Origin: Tubulanus polymorphus
Taxonomy: Eukaryota > Animalia > Nemertea
Direction: 5' to 3'
DNA length: 64,000 bases
NCBI RefSeq assembly: GCF_964204645.1
Contig: NC_134028.1
Coordinates: 5,952,001 to 6,016,000 of the forward strand
How positions within the stretch are numbered: the first letter of the stretch is position 1; each line of letters starts with the position of its first letter. Below are positions 14,335 through 28,000 of this stretch, piece after piece. The notes under the pieces were generated by a model. That model had not been told where the DNA came from, did not search any database, and saw only the letters and a program-made list of their open reading frames with translations. The translations under genes were made by a program, and so were the position numbers.

Positions 14335-17300
14335 TGTTCTATCAAATATGGATGCAAGAAGAACAAGATGAAAAATAAAGCAGATAATTGGCTGCAGAAT
14401 TCATTGTATGTTTTTATCTCTCAATTGTATCGTCCAGAAATGATACAGAGATAGTAAAATTGGGGTGCCTCAGTGAAAGGGTAGCTGGGGATGCTTAGTT
14501 CCTTTCTATTAAGCTTACACTTTTCTTTTTATGACAGGAATTTCATGCTCGATCGAGATGATGGAGATGACTTCATCGGCGATATGGTTGAAGAAGTTTG
14601 TGATTCGGCGATGAAAATAATCTATGACAGTTACATACAGAAACAACTATTACCATTCACTATTACTCAAGCTAAGGAAGCAATACTGCAGATTATTGAG
14701 GTATGAAAATATCAATGCTCAGTTTGTCTGATTTCAGACCAATAATCACCCAGGTGTTAAAGATAAAGATTTACTTACAAGACCACCCAATTAATAGTTT
14801 ACGGCCATAAACAGTACTGATTCAGGAGGAGTCTACAGTAATAGGAATATGAAAGTTATGCAGACGCTTCCTCGAAATTTGAAATTTTCTCCTTGAAAAC
14901 TCTTATATCCAGGAATGACCGGTCTATATGGACCATGTTGCTTAATCTGCCTTGGAAAGTTCACGAGCCAAAAATTAGAAAACCAATACATTCCCAAATT
15001 ATTGCTGGAATTCTTTCTTCCTCTGACCCGACCTTTTTCCCTGTATTTTTCAGTGGCAATTTTTATCAAGAGATGAAGGTGAACAGAATATAGATGAAGA
15101 TTACACTTGGGCTGAAGATGAAGGTATGTTGCAGTATCTGGGCGGATTCACCATTAATTATCTTCTCAACAATGTATGTCAGTAAAACTTAAAATTTATC
15201 TTACCTAGAACCTCTTCCCGCGATCACCGACTGTTGGGCTCAGGGTCTTGTCCCAAAACAAATAGTTAAAGTTAAAACTCCAGAAGCTCCTGAAATTATT
15301 CCAGAAGAAGAGGAAGAAGAGTAAGTATCTAAATGAGGCTGAATGAGCTGATGATCTTATGGATTTGTTTTTGACCTGGTATTATGTTATTTAAAGCGAA
15401 GAGCCTGAACCAGTTCCACCTCCCGGAAGTTTGGTTACGGAGGAAGCACTTGAAGAAGTCGTTCAGTGCGTTGATGACCAGCAGGCGGAGGTTACTGAAG
15501 TTGTAACTGAACCTGAACCTGAACCTGAACATGTTCACAGTGTGAGTACCATAACAAAACCATCAAACTTGCCTCTCTTATGTATCGTATACAGCTTTTC
15601 TCACGAAAAGTATACCAAACTTAAATGTCACTGGTTTTATCAATGATAATTCATTGTATAAACTTATTCAATGCAGATTGAAGGTAAGCCATTTATCTTT
15701 CAAAAATACACCGGTTTAGTATCCCTAACATGAAATAAAGCCGCTGTGACCAGTCATTCGTACCTTGTTGACTGCCCAATGAGTAGGAAGGGCAGAATTC
15801 TTAAGTTCGGTAATGAGAAATAGGAGGCTTTTCAAAAGCCATGATTCTCAACAATCTAAAGGGAATTCAACAAACATTTTAGCTTATTTGAAAGATTAAT
15901 GTCTTACTGGTACCTTCAATCTTGAATGAATAAGTCTGCTAAAGTTTGGCATACTTTTTCGTGGGACAGACTGTATACGTACCAGTCTTGGTCAGGTAAT
16001 TTGCAATTGTGTCGACTTTCAGCCTGCTCCACCTCCTGCAGAGACCAAGCCAAAAAAGAAACCGTTCCGTCCGTACAACGGTCGTCTCAAGTCGCCCGGT
16101 TTGAAGAATATCACGGAACCGCTGCAAGTCAGCGAGTCTCGAATATTATCCGACGAAAGTCGATCGAAACAATCTGTTATTCTTGAGGAAGACGAAGAGA
16201 GTGCATTATCCCTGTTACCAACATCTTGTCATTCAATTTTAAAAGTGAGTTTTGAAATAATTTTTGCCATATCTTCATACCTAACTTTGTTAGTTTATCA
16301 TCATTCTAACATTTGTTTTATTTGACTTACTCGTCTAAATGAAACATAAACATGATTGTTTAATCTAACTCACAAATATTAACAACTGTTTTTCCAGACG
16401 TTTACAACTCCTAGGAGAATACAAATAAGCAAGGCTAGTTTATTATATTTGAAGCCTACTGATTTCTGTTATTTTACTCTGTTTGGTGCATTTTGTTTTC
16501 GTTTCAAGGAGTGATTTTTATGAAATTTTGTGTGAAATGAATGAATTTTACGTCCTGTGGTGTTAATCCTTTTCTCAAATACTGAACATAAAAGATTATG
16601 ATAAACGATTTTCGCTCTTCTGCAGGCTCAGGCTGGGCGACCACCTGGCAACAAGGATGTTATTTATGATGAACACGGAAATGTTCTGGCCGTTGTCAAA
16701 TTTGACCCTGCTAAACTCCCATCTCATTTGTAAGTTAGAATAAAACATAGCCTTATAATAGCTTCGGGATACAAACCTATTATTGATTAAGATTTTCTTT
16801 GACTTTCCAGTGTAAAGACACAGTTCACAGTTGTAGACCCAGCCGTAGAGGCCGCACAGGCCCGACTGGAAGCTATGCGGACAGGTAGATATATTCCAAA
16901 ATCTCACAAAAAGAAAAACGAAGTACATGTAGAACCCTTAGGCACTGCAGGTATGCTTGTTTGCGTGCGCTTTCTGTATGTTTCACTACTAATTATGTTC
17001 AGCATCACCAAAAAAATCAAACAAACCAAATAAGATGTGAACGCTTTTTGAATTGATGCTGAAACAGTCGGTAGTTTTCATGTGGTGTTGTTATTTGCTG
17101 TTCTCTGCTTCCTTTTAACACGTGCTTAAACCTCCATCCAAAATATCTGTAGATAGATTAGATTATTCAAAAAGCTTCACTCTTCTGCACATGCATTTGC
17201 ATTTAGATTTTTTTAGAAATAGTAATATTTACTACAGTCAACTCCCAGTTATCAACCCTTTGTTTTTGTGACTCCCAGCTGCCGCAAGTAAAAGCTCAGT

Positions 17301-18772
17301 CCTGAATTAATTAATGCATTCAGCTTTCTATTTTCTGCCAAATTCCATATACACCATCCGCCACACATTTTCTGAACAAATGTTATAACAGTAGTTCATT
17401 TTCATTTGATGAACAATAGTTCATTTTCATTTGTCCGCCGAAGAAAATGTTTAACACATGTAGTAATGTAGTACAAATTAAATTTACTTGTTGGCAACAG
17501 TTGGTCTTCACTGATACTGTTATTTGTAAATCACCCCCATATGTTGTCCCCTATCTCATCCCCCCCCCCCCATGTGACCATCTATGTTGATTACAGGATC
17601 TACCAGTATTAAACTTGTCAGAGTACAATTGATGAATATTCGAGATTAAAATTCTCACTACTTCTCATGAGAGGCAGAGTTCAATGAAAGAGTTTGTGTC
17701 AATAGAAAACAGATGAATTTTAACAATAAATACATTTTGAGTTCATTTCGGGTGTCTTGAAGAAAATGAATTCTTAAATTCACTTATCTGCCAGTCTCGA
17801 TTATCCACCAAAACTGCTAAGGTTCAGATGATGGTGGATAACAAGGAGTTGACTGTAATTATCATTTTAGAAGTGTTGTACTGGATTCGGTTTCTACAAT
17901 GCTTTGTAGCCTAAAGTTCTTATACAAGCATGCTTCAATTATTTTTCGGATCTTTTTCTAAGGTTCAACAGCTTTCTCAAAGAACACCATGGCGAAAATG
18001 GCGAAAAGTTCAACATCTTCATTGAGAAGTTCGTTCGAAAAGCAACACGATAATAAGAAAAAGACAGTTGAAGTAACACCACTCCCTCCACCACTGGTTA
18101 GCTCTCATGGTTTAATGATTTTGAAGTTTTGTTAAACTCTGCTTGTCTCGCTTCATTATCTTATTTGGTATATGTCATTGCAGCTTGAAACAATCGATGT
18201 TGCACCCGGGGTTACAGTTAAAGAAGGAAATCGAACGAAGAAGGGACCGAGACCCGTAAGTACAGAATATTGTCTCAACTTATATCTCATCTCTATCAAG
18301 CCATATCAAAAATACATAGTATTTTAGGCCATATGGATAGACGTAGCACAATGGCAAAAGTTGCACCAGCTTCATTATGTTAAGGGTAGTTCAAAGTTTA
18401 TCATAATTTGTTTCCCACTTTGAATTCTAAGTACAGAAACCTCACCTGACTCAGACGAACTGGGTCTGTGGTTAAGCAAATTTCAAATCAAGGTTAGGAA
18501 AATGGGTTAGGTCAAGGAGATATTAGTAACTGCTAAGAAAAACTTGAAAAATTTATCACATCCATTATTTTGTTTCGTAATTCCAGCGACCGAAGAAGTC
18601 CGACGAGATGATTCAGGCTCATCAGGAATCCCTGCATCCCGTCCGTTCTCATGCAAATGTTCCCAAATTCACCGCCGCCGAGATCTTCGAGAATCAATCG
18701 CCGATTCTTCGCTTCATACAAGATTCTCCTCCGATTCCACCCATTCCATCTAACCGTCAAATCTCGACCTGA
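14075..18772 (+). CDS. C2orf81: C2orf81/DUF4639 homolog, about 11 coding exons
   Basis: Exons 14075-14190, 14538-14700, 15054-15123, 15209-15320, 15397-15541, 16023-16244, 16626-16729, 16811-16950, 17963-18096, 18184-18255, 18587-18772. Motifs [61 protein letters not shown] and IDVAPGV. Confidence 0.85.
17235..17855. mobile_element. Tc1/mariner-type MITE
   Basis: TA target duplication with TIRs CAGTCAACTCC / GGAGTTGACTG. Confidence 0.8.
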
Positions 18773-21713
18773 TTCAATCATGTTTTCGTAATTTATTTTT
18801 TCCGTAAGAAGTGAGCTATCGTTTTAAAAAAGTATGAGTAATGTAGGACAAACTGAACTGTTAATATTCACATTGTTTTAATGATTCACACATTACATGT
18901 TTGTCACGATATTTATGCAATAAACTAAGAATCCGTCGAAATGTTTTTCATCGCCGTGTGCTGATAAATGAAATCATACATTCATTAAATCGAAAATAAT
19001 CCGTCCAGATCTATTGTTGATGATATTGTTATTTCAATAAGTTTTGTTATCGTGATGCGAAAAGATTAATTTACCTTGATATTTAAGTCCCCGGATGTAT
19101 ATTTTGTAAATTGTTGAATAAATTCTAGAAAATTGCCTTCTTTCCAAAGCGGGCATTTTGTTTCAAACCTAAAATGCATAGTTTTTTTCATTGTCGGCAG
19201 GAAACATGGATTTATAGGATACACAGTTGTGTCAGCAAAATGTCCGATACTCTGCTTTGCAAGAACAGTACTAAGTTAAATACATTTCACAGGGCTGCCA
19301 ACCACTTAAAAGTTCTACCAGTAACAAATTGAACTTGTCTCGGTAACATTTCATCGAAATATGAAAGTAAGTGTTCAAATTAATCAGTTATCAACAGTAA
19401 AACCCTCAGTAAAATCTTTTCATATTTCAGTACGCATCAAACAAATCAAACCAGTACTTCGCGTTATAAATTAGTAACTGATACTGAAAATCATGAACAG
19501 TTGGCAGTTCTGGGTTCCAGAAATGATCACCAGAATGAAGAAAGCGTAAGATCATGATTTCAAGTGTATACTGCTATTTATTCGTTTTTCTTAAGATTTG
19601 TGTACAAAATCAACAAAGGAAAATGTGAACGAAGCCCTAGAATAGCATGAAGAACTTTTCACGCACGGCAAAATATACGAAAATATATACATTTTCATTC
19701 TGAAGCTTGAGATAAAACATGCATGAATAGAACTGTTGAGAACAACATTTGCGAAGAGAGAGAGATAGAAGGCAACCGCAAACACTTATAATTCTTGAGG
19801 CCAGGAGATTCCTGTATGAGGTTTTTTTTTAAAAGAAAATTGGTACTGGAACCATAGGTCTACAATTTCGAGTACCATAAAAATTTAATTTGGCGTTTAA
19901 TGGAACTTGTTTTTGTTTTCAAGTCAAATCGACTGAAAGTGGTAACCTATAGAGGAATACACTAGATTACTATACAATATATTCATAAACTATTGAGAAT
20001 CAAACTCAAGGTAACTGGATCAGACAGACAGAGGGAGGAAGATCTATGCACAACAAAGTACAACATAAATATTCAGCAGTTTATAGCAATAATAATGATT
20101 CTCGTATAACGGTAATGGGCCAAGGGACTACTGAAATTGAAAATTCATCATTCGAAAAAATGGATGAGTCCTTTTTCTATAAGGAGGCTGTTAACAGTGT
20201 TTGGACATTTTTACGATGAAATTTGATTGAATCTCGATGAGCTTTGAAAATAAAGTTCATCACTTATCTATTACATGAATCCAGATTTCAGTTGGAGTGA
20301 GAAAATGGCACTTGTTTCACACCAAAATCATGTCCCTTAGTTCGGTGGTCGTAGACAAGAAATCAAACAACAACACAAGTTTCTTAAGTTAATATAATAA
20401 TTATGATTAATGGAAAGACTCTATATACAAACAAAGATAACATAAGAAAGACTAAAGAAATGTACTGTTTATCAAACTATAACAAATAATGATTATATAT
20501 TAGCTAGAATAGATGAGAGTAGGGTACGTCTGTCAACCAGGAAATTGAAAGACACCATGAAAGGGGGAGTCCTAGACGAACTTAATGAAAGCAAAAACAC
20601 AGTAAGGGTTACCGGTAATCAAACGTACTGGAGAAACATTGTTCCAGGTTCCATAGTTGTTAAGATCTTTTTTCATTTTCAAGTGCTTTCATTTATCTTA
20701 ACTCACTAAGTCACCATGGAATCAATCCAAGCAGTTTGAAAAAAACTCATATTTGGATTTTTCTGGCAATAAATTGACTGGCATTACGAAAGATCCCCGG
20801 GTGGGAAGTGGGAAAACTTCAGGATAAACACAGCAAATGAGAGGTAGACAATGAATAAACAAAAAACTTATGTTTAAAAGGAATGTATCTTCAAGAGAAG
20901 ATGAATTTTGAGCAAAATACTTTTCTTCAAGTGCACCATGAAAAGAAATAAATCATCAGATCAACTTATATAACCCTTCTTGCCTCTAACAAAGAATCTA
21001 CGCCGAGAATCTTTCTATTGTAAATACCCAAATTTACGATAGAAAATATGAGTCTAGAGAACTGAACATCAAAGTATAAATAGGGCCAAGGTACCAGGCC
21101 TTGGAGTTTCTTGTTCAGCTGTTCCATGTTAGACCTTAGTTGACAAGGATGTGGACGAAATCGAGAATCCTACAAGAAACCGAGGTGCTGCCACCTTACG
21201 AAATTCCGAACAACTAATCGACACAACCTAATCTTCCTATCGATGAACATGTAGTTGACACGTTTCACAGGATAGGATCCCGAAATCCGTTCCGTGACAG
21301 GCGGACTCTGCCCAGAAAATAATTTCGACATTTTCTTCGGGGCTCCCTTTTCTAACCCTTCATAAGTGCATAAGTATCAGCTCCTATTGAAAGATAGAAG
21401 GCTCTTAGATATACGGGACTCTTTTCGTATTTCAATGACCCAGGTTCATACATGTTGTACATACAGACATACATACATAGTGCTCAATTACGCAGTTAAA
21501 GGATAGAATAACATTTAGCATTCGAGATAACAATTCAAACATCTTAACATATTTCCTAAATAATATTAAACGTAAGTCTTCATATAAAAAGTCGCCGGTC
21601 ATAAACGATCGCGATCAAGCGTGTTATTTAACTGTTCGTTACGATCAGATTACAGTCAAAGTCCGTTATAATGCTGCCATCCTTTTTAATGCAACTGTTC
21701 ATTTAACGCCAAC

Positions 21714-21974
21714 AGAACAAATTTGTCCAATCTAACTCAAATTCGATGGAATTACCATTCACCATAGCGCCAAATCCGTAATATTCCCATCTTTTTCAGA
21801 GAACAAATTTGGCCAATCTAACTCAAATTCAATGGAAATACCATTCTTTATAACACCAAATTCGTACTATTGCCATCTTTTTCTTTTTCAGAGAACAAAT
21901 TTTCCCCCTAACTCAAATTCGATCAAAATACCATTCTTCGTAAACACAAATTCGTAATATTTCCATCTTTTTCG
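21714..21974. repeat. Imperfect ~85-90 bp tandem repeat, 3 copies, in inferred MCU 3' UTR
   Basis: Three units beginning AGAACAAATTT..CTAACTCAAATTC..ACCATTC..AAATTCGTA..CCATCTTTTT. Confidence 0.85.
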
Positions 21975-22064
21975 GCGATCCAAAACAGTGGCATTATAAA
22001 GAACTTTTACTGTAGTTATCTATTGATTAATTAATCGTAATATATAAATCCTAATCAACGAGTA

Positions 22065-25000
22065 TTATCGTTCGACGACGGGAGATTCGGCCGCCGGATT
22101 CGTCTCTTTCGACTGCGCGAGCAGTTGTTGTATCGGCAGCTGTAACTGGAGCGGGTCGCGTAGACGCTCGAGATCGAGTTCCGCTTGAGCGATTTTATCT
22201 TTAAGCAGATTGTACTGGTTGACGTCGAGGTTCGCTTTACGCGCTTTCTTGTGGAATGATATCAGGTATTCGCGGTCTCTCACGTCCGGATAGATGTATT
22301 CCTAAAACGACAGAAAACAATTAGCTATTTAATTAAGGTAACTAGGTCAACAATTGAGCTAGATCAACAGTGGAGCTAGATAATATTTTGATATTTTTGA
22401 CAATAATCGAGTGCTTAAAAAGAGTAGAAACTGCTCCCTCAAATAGGTGTGCTACGCTTTACAATGTAGAAGTTCTTTCTTCAACATTTTCTTTTACTGG
22501 TATGTAATAATGGTGACTGTATTTTTGCATTGTTCTTTTTAGTAAAGAAATAAACTTATCATAATAATGAAAATAAAGGTAGCCTTGGACCAGTGTCACG
22601 AAAAGATATAAGCTTAGAACACTTATGTTCTAATCATGTTGGGGTTATTGAAAATAATTACTGAACTGATAGCGACTAAAGCAAAGATTTGAACTTCATT
22701 TTTCTGGTGAAACCAGGCTTTGTAACGCTATCTCTACAGTATTAACTAGCAACATTCATTGATTCAATTCAGCAGCAAGTAGATATTCACTGTGACCTTC
22801 TTGTTGCGAAATTGCGACTTTCTGGTCACTCGAGCAGACCAATATGACAAAGTGGAATCTGTTCTATACATCAACCAGATGCCAATATACTGCAAGATGG
22901 ATGTTTCTAAAAGCCAGATATTTTCATGATACAGCCCGATATTTCAGCGCTTGTTAGATATATAGCTCAATGGAAAACTGGCCCCATGGAAACCAGACTT
23001 GAATTTTGTCAATTATGTGCAAATTTAGATATCATTATTATCGATTTTCGTCAACTGGTTTGGTGTGAGAGGGTAAATATTTGAACGCGGGCGCGGAAAC
23101 TATTTGAACAGTTGTAGCATAACAATTGATGCACTAATGCAAAATTGTACTGTTCGGATACTGGATCTATATACAGAACCAATACGCAACAACGTAATCC
23201 AGATTGTTGAAGATGGTACGAAGAAGGGGTGGTTTTAATATGTTGTCCCTGGTACGTTATTAATAAAAGGCACTCGAATTGATACAAGTGTTGATACAAG
23301 TCATGATAAGGAAATAACCGAAAAATGAAATCTATCCCACTGCGGAGTAGCCGTATTCCGGAGTGATTGGTCGGTATTTCTATCAACGAACGAAGGAATT
23401 TCGAGCCGCTGTAATACACATATTGACAAAGTGTTCACAGTAATGAATGATCACTATTTAGAATTCTGATCATTCTGTGTCGGCCAGCCGCGTTTTAGCT
23501 ACCGACGCATCCACTGACAACTGCTTTGTAATAATGTGCACCTATTAACTCTGAGCCAGACGCAGCGAATAAAGCTATAAAACCTATCACATCTAATGGT
23601 TATTGTAGTAGCTTCCGAGGCATAAAAATATGAATCGCAGAACTGTGGGTCATCTAACTATACAGGTATCATTTGATTTGTACCACTCATCACTACCATG
23701 AACAGGGTCGACAGGGATCAGTTATTTTTCAGGATCCGATGGCCATTTTGTACCCATTTACAAAAAACGTTAGTTTCCCTGATTTTCCCATGTGATTATA
23801 CAAAATTCCCCGAGTGAATCAGAGAAATTTTTAGGTTTAAAATGTTACAATTCATTCACTTTTCATCGAATCATGTACTGATTAACAACCGATCAGTTTT
23901 ATGGCTAGTTACTCAATTGATTCAACCGCAGCAGGTTAAAGTTAAAACTATGTACATTTCATTTATTCTGGATTCGTTATGTGACCCGCTTACCTGACGC
24001 GTAAGGACGAAATAAGCGAACATTGCGATCGATGTTCCATAAGTAATGAAATAAGTTACGGGTTCCATAATATCCCAGGAATATTCCCACCAAGTCAGCC
24101 GCGCTAGAACACCGAACTGTAGACCCATTAAACCAAGACCGACCCATGACATCGCCGACATCTTTTTTGTCGAGGCCATCTCGATTTCGAGCTTTTTCTG
24201 AAACAAAATTAATCATTTGAAAAAAAAAATTTAGAGTTGAATGAGATAAGAATCAGGTTTAAACCTAATCAATAGCAAAAAGTGCTGGAGACGTTTAAAT
24301 AAAAAAATTCCACCACAGTGTGTTGAATGACACTGCTATAGTGTCTACACCATGGTGCGGTGTATTGTTAGTTACAGTATTAATACTTCAATATGTTTGA
24401 CAGGTGCTGCCACCTTTCAATAGAGATAAAAACTAATTAGTAATAATATCAATACACCGCACTGCAGTATGGATGCACTGAAAGGGTTAAGCCCATTTTG
24501 GTCGCATAAACCAATCCTATAAACGTGACTGCAGTATTGGCCTAGGACCCCGAGGTCTCTGCTATGGCAAGTTGATTTTTTACTCACTTTTTCTAGCGGT
24601 TCAATCTCGAGTTTCAGATTTTCTAAAGTAGTCGATATTTCTTTCTCGCGTCGGAGCTGATATTCCTCGACGTTCAAATCCGAATATATTTTCGCTATTC
24701 TTTCCTTGATATCGTCGAATTCCTTGACGCTCTCATGAGACCAGCCTTCTTTAATGACAGAAAGAAATCCACGGTTAAATATACTATATAAATTAAATGA
24801 GTTCGGGGACTTAAAAGTGAGCCACTCTCAAGGGAAGGATCCAGGAATTTCAAATAGGGGCCCAAAACATCAGGGGCCAGTTGCATAGTCGAAGCTTAGA
24901 CTTAAAACCAGTCTAAGACCAACTTAGTTCAATAGCCAATCTAACAACTTAAGACCAGTCTTAAGATTTAAGACCACTTATGCACTCAAGTCACGACTGT

Positions 25001-28000
25001 GCAACCAGTCGCTGAGGCCTAGGGCAAGCAGCAAAATGTTGTCTTGGCAAAAATAGGAGGAGGCTTTGGCCCCCTTGATTCCGCCCCTGCTGTTAGTGAC
25101 TGATTTAGGAACATTTTCAAGCTTGCAGAAATTGATTGATTGCCATTCTGGTTCTGACTCAGACTCTCAGTTCTGACTGAGTTACCTAATTGAAAATGAA
25201 CTAATATTAACTCAAAAGTTAACTCTAACTCACAACTATGGAACTGGATTCTGGGTTGTTAACAGTGCCATTAATTGGAAAAGCGATTGCGTTTTTAATG
25301 CGATATCTTCTCGTGCCAACTACGTAACACCGGGATCAGCTGATAACGGGTTAAACCGTTATGTCGACTAAGGCGGAAATAATACGGATATAGACCTATA
25401 ATCCGATCGATCGCAGGAAATGACCGTCCGACTGATTGTATCCGTGTTAATTGGTCAAGTGAGATGCCACTGTAAATTAGAGTCAACTTATACTCTATAC
25501 GTACAACACGAACAACTTCCATAACAATCAACGCGGACTGTATCTTATTTCTCGTTAACTCCCTTACAACCCCCCTGAGGGCCAAAATACCAGTAAACAA
25601 AAGTCATAATAATTCTGCGGCTATGCATTAGTGACATCGGACTGGTAATGAATAAACATCGCGCCGCGGGGAAAATTCTTTCCGTGGACGAAATGTAAAA
25701 TCGAGCTGCCGTTTATACGGTCAACAGCAGTCGCATCGTCTTATCGTGGAAGTGACGGTATCGAGTGTGTTGAGGGGATGGCAGACGACGGTTGTTCGTG
25801 TTATCAGTAGATGTTAAACGCTGCTCGAGGTACGCCGGGTCAACACGTTCGTCATAGTAATAATATAGAGTGTGATTATTTGACCGACCGGAAGTCATCA
25901 TTGGCACCTTATTTCGTTGACTTAAAACAGTTATTCAGGCACTGAAAGATACGATGGCAAAATGCTAGCTTAGCTTCCGCAAGCGCCGGGGTACCGCCAA
26001 CGTTACTGTGGCAATTGAGGATTCCATATGGCAAGTAATGATCCACTAGGCATCGCTAGTGGTTACTCAGTCTTCAGCGTTCAAATGAATGTTTCCTTTC
26101 AATAAATAAACGTCTTCTGAAACTATACCAATAATTGAGTTCCACACATATTTGGCAAAAAATGTGATGATGTATATGGATTCGGGAGCCCGGATATTCA
26201 GTTGGAAGTTGCTCGATAATGAACTAATTTTAGCCGCATAAGATTGAGTTGAGTGCTCGTTACGCCACCTGGTGTCATAGCTGGTGTTGGCAGCTCCCCA
26301 TAGCTACGGTATTACCGAATTCCAAAACCTCTCGAAATCTTGGTTTTGGAATATAAACTGCGGACACTGGGCTCTATTGTTCGCAGTTAAAACTTTTAGT
26401 ATGGCACTAAGTGTTAGAAATACTGACGTACTACAAGCTCTTTAAGATACTGTGACAGAGAACTGTCGGTTGAACATAATTTACTATTGACACTTATTCG
26501 ACGCGTCAATGAAGATACAGAAGGAGACATCTCGCATCTATCATGTTCTGTAATTAATGCTTATTGCTTGCGATATACGCATCAATCAAACGAGGACTGC
26601 AGGACGTAGAGGAAACGCAGCGTACGTGAGCAATTTCGAAACGACGACGACATCGCGGAAACAGAATTAACGCATGACAAATACCCTGTTTCCTTACTCC
26701 ACGATGCCTCGGGGATGTGAATGCCCCAGCCTTTAGGATCATAGTGCCTTTTTGAAATAATGATAGATATTTCTACCTCATGAATTACGCATTCTGCACC
26801 AGACTTAATAAACCGAGATCTAGCCCGGGATTCAGCAGCCATTTTTTCATCTAAAAAGCCCTAACGACAGTACGTGGAAGAATGTAGTGGGTTCGACCCA
26901 TTAAACGAGCCCTTTAGGCCCTTTTAACAACCCCCCTCCCCTCCCCTCCCCTCCATTGAAAAATCCTGGGAATGCCCATGTGAAGAATGCTCGAGGGAAA
27001 AGTAGAATGTTACGATCGATCAATACGCAGCAACACGGAAACGACATCTCCGTGAATAAAAAACAAACGGCCTCGACCTTTCTTCACTATCGCTGGCTCG
27101 AGCGAACATCGCTCGAACCTTCGCTGGATAAAAACATTAATTCAATAACTTACAGTGAAACCACATGACGCATTAATGTAGATGATGGAAGAGCCAACTA
27201 TGTGGAACAATGTAAACATCAGTACTAGGCCTAATATCGAATACATCAACCAAGTGTGCTATAAAACTATGCACTGACGTTCGACCAACTCATTCCCTTT
27301 AGGCTAAATGAAATCGCTTTCATTCGATTCACTGAGTACATCTACTTTTCTTATGACCCAGGCATGATTTCGGTTCTAAAAACGATCAAAAGATTTAAGA
27401 CCACATATCAAGATTCGAGAACATTTTGAGACGAATCTGACGAGCTCCGACCGCGATGAAGATACTTGTAAGAAATTCAGGGAAATGTTGGAAACTTCAA
27501 AAAGAAATTCACGACACAACAGGGGCAAATCTGGGGAAATTGGATGGCCGGGGTCTAGAGTAGAAGAAGAGGCAATAAAGCAGCCACGTCAAAGGCCTCC
27601 CTCTAGGATTAGATATCTTCAAAGATGCCATTTCCAAGAGGATGTCAAATTTATAGGTTATAAAGATCTCTGTCTTGATGGAAAGGGCAACCATCGATGG
27701 GCAGGCAGGCCTACCCCTAAATCTGCTCTGGCAGAATTACTTAAGGATAAGATTCTTGATGACAAGTCTATAAAGCCTAGCGCACATCGACACTGCGATT
27801 GGAGACAACTAGTTGCTACCGAACGATTACCCCGCGCACATCGAAATCTAGTTACAACCGGTCAGTTGCAGCAACTGCATGGCGCATGTCGATCGACGAG
27901 ATCCAGAGCGCGCACATCCACGTATATGATTGCGATTGAGTACAACCAGTTGCTCAAACATAGAACATGGGCAACTGGCTGGAACTGGAGATAGATCGAC

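Noticed and set aside
17020-17055. Additional hammerhead-like GAAACAGTCGG motif
   Set aside because: CUGANGA core and stem II are missing.
27485-27994. 169-aa ORF in MCU intron
   Set aside because: Runs into a MITE and has no recognisable domain; at most a decayed transposon remnant.
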